Part shown: piece by piece, positions 60,763 to 64,000 of the stretch | Numbering within the stretch: position 1 is the stretch's first letter | How the letters are laid out: every line of letters starts with the position of its first letter | Assembly: GCA_965284305.1 (NCBI GenBank) | Contig: OZ260070.1 | Span: 1,287,352-1,351,351, forward strand | DNA from: Caulobacteraceae bacterium | GTDB taxonomy: Bacteria; Pseudomonadota; Alphaproteobacteria; Caulobacterales; Caulobacteraceae | Length of the DNA stretch: 64,000 nt | Direction: 5' to 3' | Notes under the pieces: model-generated | Databases searched by the model: none | What the model was told of the DNA's origin: nothing | Seen by the model: the letters and a program-made list of their open reading frames with translations, nothing else | Position numbers and translations under genes: made by a program

Positions 60763-63700
60763 CTAGTGACCGTGGCCGTCGGTCTCGGCCTCCGTCGCCC
60801 CCGCGGCCCAGCCTTCACCACCGGTTTCAGCGAACCAGAACGGCGCACGCGCCCGCTGGCGCGGAGCCACTTCGTTCATGCCGGAGTCGTACACCCGGCC
60901 GTTGGCGATCGTGTAGGCGATCGAGGTGGTGTTGCGGATGTTCTCGAGCGGGTTCTGATCCATCACCACCATGTCGGCCAGCTTGCCGACTTCCAGCGAG
61001 CCGATGTCGCGGTCCAGCCCCAGCGCCCGGGCGCCGTTCAGGGTGCCGGCGCGGATCACGTCGATCGGCGCCATCCCGCCCTGGGCCAGGCTCCACAGCT
61101 CCCAGTGCGCCGCCAGCCCTTCGCGCTGGCCATGCGCGCCGATCAGGACGCTGACGCCCTGTTCGGACAGACGGGTGGCCTCACGGGCGACGGAGATGTG
61201 GTTCCACTCAGTGTCGGGCAGGGTCACCGGCCGACGCGCACGGGAGTCGAGGATGCGGCGCGGGACGTACTGGGTCAGGATCGGATGGTTCCAGACCTCG
61301 CTCTCCTGGTACCAGTAGTTTTCGCCGTAGCTGCCGCCATAGGCCACCACCAGGGTCGGGTTGTAGGCCACCCCGGTCTGACGCCACAGTTGGTGGACGT
61401 CGTCGTACAGGCGCGCCAGCGGGATCGAATGCTCGATCGTCGTGTGGCCGTCGACGATCATCGACATATTGTGCTGGAACAGCGAGCCGCCCTCCGGCAC
61501 CACCATCATATTCAGCTGGCGCGCGGCCTCGATGATCTGCTGGCGCTGGTCGCGGCGGGGCTGGTTGTAGCTCTTGACGCTCCAGGCGCCCGCCGCCTGC
61601 ATCCGCCGCAGGGTCGACAGGGCGTCGTCGAGGTCATCGACCTGGGCCGTGAAGCCCGTGCTGGCGCCGTAGAGGATGGTGCCGGTCGAGAAGATGCGCG
61701 GCGCCGTGATCCGGCCCGTACGGGCCAGTTCGCTGTGGGCGAAGATCTCGCTGGTGTCGGCCGAGGGGTTGTGGATCGTGGTCACCCCGAAGGCCAGCGA
61801 GGCGTAGTCGACCCAGCTCTGTTCTGGGATGATCTCGTCCGACCCCATCGAGCCGTGCCAGTGGGCGTCGATCAGGCCGGGCATGATGGTCTTGCCGGCC
61901 ATGTCCATGACCGGCACGCCGGCTGGGACAGGGGTGCTGGCGGCCGCACCGATGGCCTCGATCCGGTTGCCGTTGACGATGACCACGCCGTTCTCGATCA
62001 CCTCGGCGCCGTTCATTGTGATCAGCCGCGCGCCGGTCAGGGCCATGCGGCCTTCGGGCACGTCGGCCTGGGCGCTGAAGCTCAGGTTGATCCCGGTCTC
62101 GTCGGGCCTGGGCAGCTCGTCCGGCGCGCCGTCCACGAAGGTGAAGGCCTGGTTCAGGTCGCGGGTGAACAGTTCCGGCCCCAGCGACCACTGCAGTCGC
62201 TGCGAGTCGCCTGACCAGCTCAGCCACTCGCCGGCGTCGCGGGTGACGCGGGCCTGGGGCAGGGACTTGCCTTCGGCGCTGATGGTGACCGGGCGGCCTG
62301 CGGCGACGAAGGGGGCCACATAGGCATTGAACCGCTCGGTCCAGCCGATCCAGTTCCCGTCGGGTGAGACGGCGAATTCACTGGCCCATTCCGAGGTCAG
62401 GTGGGTGCGTTCGTCGCTGCCGTCCAGATCGACCGAGATCAGGGTCTGGCTGGTCCCTTCGCGGCTGGACAGGAACAGGCGGTCGTTGTCAGCGGCGAAC
62501 TGGGGCCGCGATCCCTCTTCGGTCACAAGGGCCGGCTCTCCGCCGGCCGTCGGGATGCGATAGATGCCGGGATCGCGGGTCCACAGGGCCGACATCAGGG
62601 AGCCGCCGCCGGTGGTGCGATAGACGACCGTGCGACCGTCCGGCGAGAATACCGGCTCGACATAGTGGCCGGGGTTGGGGGTGATGACGCGGCCGACGCC
62701 GCCCGAGACCGGGACCACCCGGACCGAGCCAAGCGCCTGATCGTCCCAGGTCGTATAGACGATGGAGCGGCCGTCGCGGGACCAGTTCGGATAGAGTTCG
62801 AAATGGTCGTTCTGGCGGGTCAGCCGGCGTGCGGTTCCGGTCGGCAGGTCGCGAATCCACAGATTGCCGAGGGCCTCGAACACGACCCTGGTGCCGTCCG
62901 GTGAGGGCCGGGCCCAGCGGATCATGCGGACGTCGAATGTGTCCGGCGCGACCTCGACGGGGAAGCGGACCGTGTCCTGCACCCGGCGGGTATCGGCGAC
63001 ATGGAAGGGAATGTCGGCGACCGCCTGGGTGGCGACCTCGACGCGCTGGATGCGGCCGTCGGCCCAGAAGACGATGGAGCGGTTGTCGGGGGTCCAGCTG
63101 ATCGCCGGATAGACGCCGTGGATGGCCCAGGTTTCCTGCAGGTCGCGGTCGAGGCCCGAGAAGATCGGGGTCTCGCGCCCGGACTCGATGTCCATGACAT
63201 AGAGGGTCGACTGGTAGCGAACGCGGCGGATGAAGGCGATCGACTTGCCGTCAGGCGACGGCGTGGGCCGGATCGAGCCGCCCGGGCCGGTGATATAGGG
63301 ATCGACCTCGCCCGTCTCACGGTCCAGACGGCGGATGATGTAGATCTGGTCGTTGACGTCCTTGGAGTATTCGAAGGTCGCCCCCGGCGTGGCGTCGTCG
63401 CTGAAATAGACATAGCGGCCGTCCGGCGAGAAGGCGGGCTCGCCCGTGTCCTTCTGCTGGGTCCGGCGCTCGGTCATCTGCACGCCGTTGCCGCCCGAGC
63501 GGTGGTACATCCACAACTCCCCGGCCCCCAGCGAGCGGGACGAGGTGAAATGTTTCCGCGCCACGATGAACTGGCCGTCCGGCGACCACTCCGGCTGGTT
63601 CAGCAGGCGGAAGCTCTCTTTCGACACCTGGGTCGGGTTGGAGCCGTCGGCCTCCATGATCCAGATGTTGTCGCCGCCCGCCCGGTCCGAGGTGAAGGCG

Positions 63701-64000
63701 ATGAGGCGGCCGTCGGGCGACCATTTCGGCTGCATGTCCCAGGCCACGCCCGAGGCGATGGCCCGTGCCTCGCCCCCGCTGACGGGCATGACATAGATGT
63801 CGCCCAGCATGTCGAAAACGATGGTCTGGCCGTCCGGGCTGACGTCCAGCGACATCCAGGTGCCGCGGGTCACATCGATCGGGATGTCGCGCGACGGTCC
63901 CGGCGGGTTCTGCACATCCCATTTGGGCGTCTCGGCCGGAGCGGCGACGGCGGGCGCGGCCGCCGGTCCAGCGGCCGCCGGCGGCTCGACCAGTCCGGGG
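60763..64000 (-). CDS. secreted TolB-like beta-propeller / amidohydrolase fusion protein (5' end outside the window)
   Basis: The N-terminal half has PD40-type repeats (SPDG... many times). The C-terminal part is an amidohydrolase domain with the metal motif LIDAHWHG. The frame stays open from 63915 to the window edge (PGLVEPPAAAGPAAAPAVAAPAETPKWDV), so the true start is probably beyond 64000. Confidence 0.85.
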   Translation of the reverse strand, partial: PGLVEPPAAAGPAAAPAVAAPAETPKWDVQNPPGPSRDIPIDVTRGTWMSLDVSPDGQTIVFDMLGDIYVMPVSGGEARAIASGVAWDMQPKWSPDGRLIAFTSDRAGGDNIWIMEADGSNPTQVSKESFRLLNQPEWSPDGQFIVARKHFTSSRSLGAGELWMYHRSGGNGVQMTERRTQQKDTGEPAFSPDGRYVYFSDDATPGATFEYSKDVNDQIYIIRRLDRETGEVDPYITGPGGSIRPTPSPDGKSIAFIRRVRYQSTLYVMDIESGRETPIFSGLDRDLQETWAIHGVYPAISWTPDNRSIVFWADGRIQRVEVATQAVADIPFHVADTRRVQDTVRFPVEVAPDTFDVRMIRWARPSPDGTRVVFEALGNLWIRDLPTGTARRLTRQNDHFELYPNWSRDGRSIVYTTWDDQALGSVRVVPVSGGVGRVITPNPGHYVEPVFSPDGRTVVYRTTGGGSLMSALWTRDPGIYRIPTAGGEPALVTEEGSRPQFAADNDRLFLSSREGTSQTLISVDLDGSDERTHLTSEWASEFAVSPDGNWIGWTERFNAYVAPFVAAGRPVTISAEGKSLPQARVTRDAGEWLSWSGDSQRLQWSLGPELFTRDLNQAFTFVDGAPDELPRPDETGINLSFSAQADVPEGRMALTGARLITMNGAEVIENGVVIVNGNRIEAIGAAASTPVPAGVPVMDMAGKTIMPGLIDAHWHGSMGSDEIIPEQSWVDYASLAFGVTTIHNPSADTSEIFAHSELARTGRITAPRIFSTGTILYGASTGFTAQVDDLDDALSTLRRMQAAGAWSVKSYNQPRRDQRQQIIEAARQLNMMVVPEGGSLFQHNMSMIVDGHTTIEHSIPLARLYDDVHQLWRQTGVAYNPTLVVAYGGSYGENYWYQESEVWNHPILTQYVPRRILDSRARRPVTLPDTEWNHISVAREATRLSEQGVSVLIGAHGQREGLAAHWELWSLAQGGMAPIDVIRAGTLNGARALGLDRDIGSLEVGKLADMVVMDQNPLENIRNTTSIAYTIANGRVYDSGMNEVAPRQRARAPFWFAETGGEGWAAGATEAETDGHGH

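Noticed and set aside
1-64000. tRNA, rRNA, tmRNA, RNase P and SRP RNA genes, and transposase/integrase genes
   Set aside because: I looked for T-arm-like GGTTCGA(A/T)TCC motifs, the GGAAAGTCCGG RNase P core, a tmRNA tag-reading frame, and DDE/tyrosine-recombinase-like ORFs. None was seen.

Overview
High-GC (about 65-70% by eye) alphaproteobacterial chromosomal segment. It is most consistent with Caulobacterales (Brevundimonas/Caulobacter-like), because a SciP-type DUF1153 gene sits next to a flagellar hook cluster with sigma54-type promoters. I call about 60 protein genes. Housekeeping genes: prs, bamD, recN, suhB, efp, bfr/bfd, thiE, mnmA, a thiolase and scoAB. Other blocks: a zur-centred metal locus with a MacB/FtsX-type ABC transporter plus a DUF3299 lipoprotein; the flagellar block sciP-flgE-flgD-fliK / flgK-flgL; an Mla/MCE-type lipid transporter operon; a CFA-synthase / amine-oxidase-like / DUF1365 / DUF2177 cluster; an SGNH-SGNH-MBOAT cluster; and many secreted peptidases (M17, M1, two S9, and a beta-propeller amidohydrolase that runs off the window). 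Accessory content: a BrnT/BrnA pair whose toxin carries an in-frame stop; a HigB/HigA pair; a low-GC single-gene DUF4145 islet; a four-helix-bundle ('23S rRNA IVS protein') gene wedged between scoA and scoB with G-rich/C-rich inverted flanks; two copies of a roughly 133-bp MITE-like nested-hairpin repeat; and several odd long hairpins. The best candidate for an uncharacterised system is the four-gene module of circularly permuted ATP-grasp / alpha-E / transglutaminase / proteasome-type Ntn protease at 55.6-59.8 kb. I found no rRNA, tRNA, CRISPR array, transposase or integrase. Many long ORFs in the track are antisense artefacts of the high GC content and are not reported. All family assignments come from reading motifs in the translations, not from database searches.
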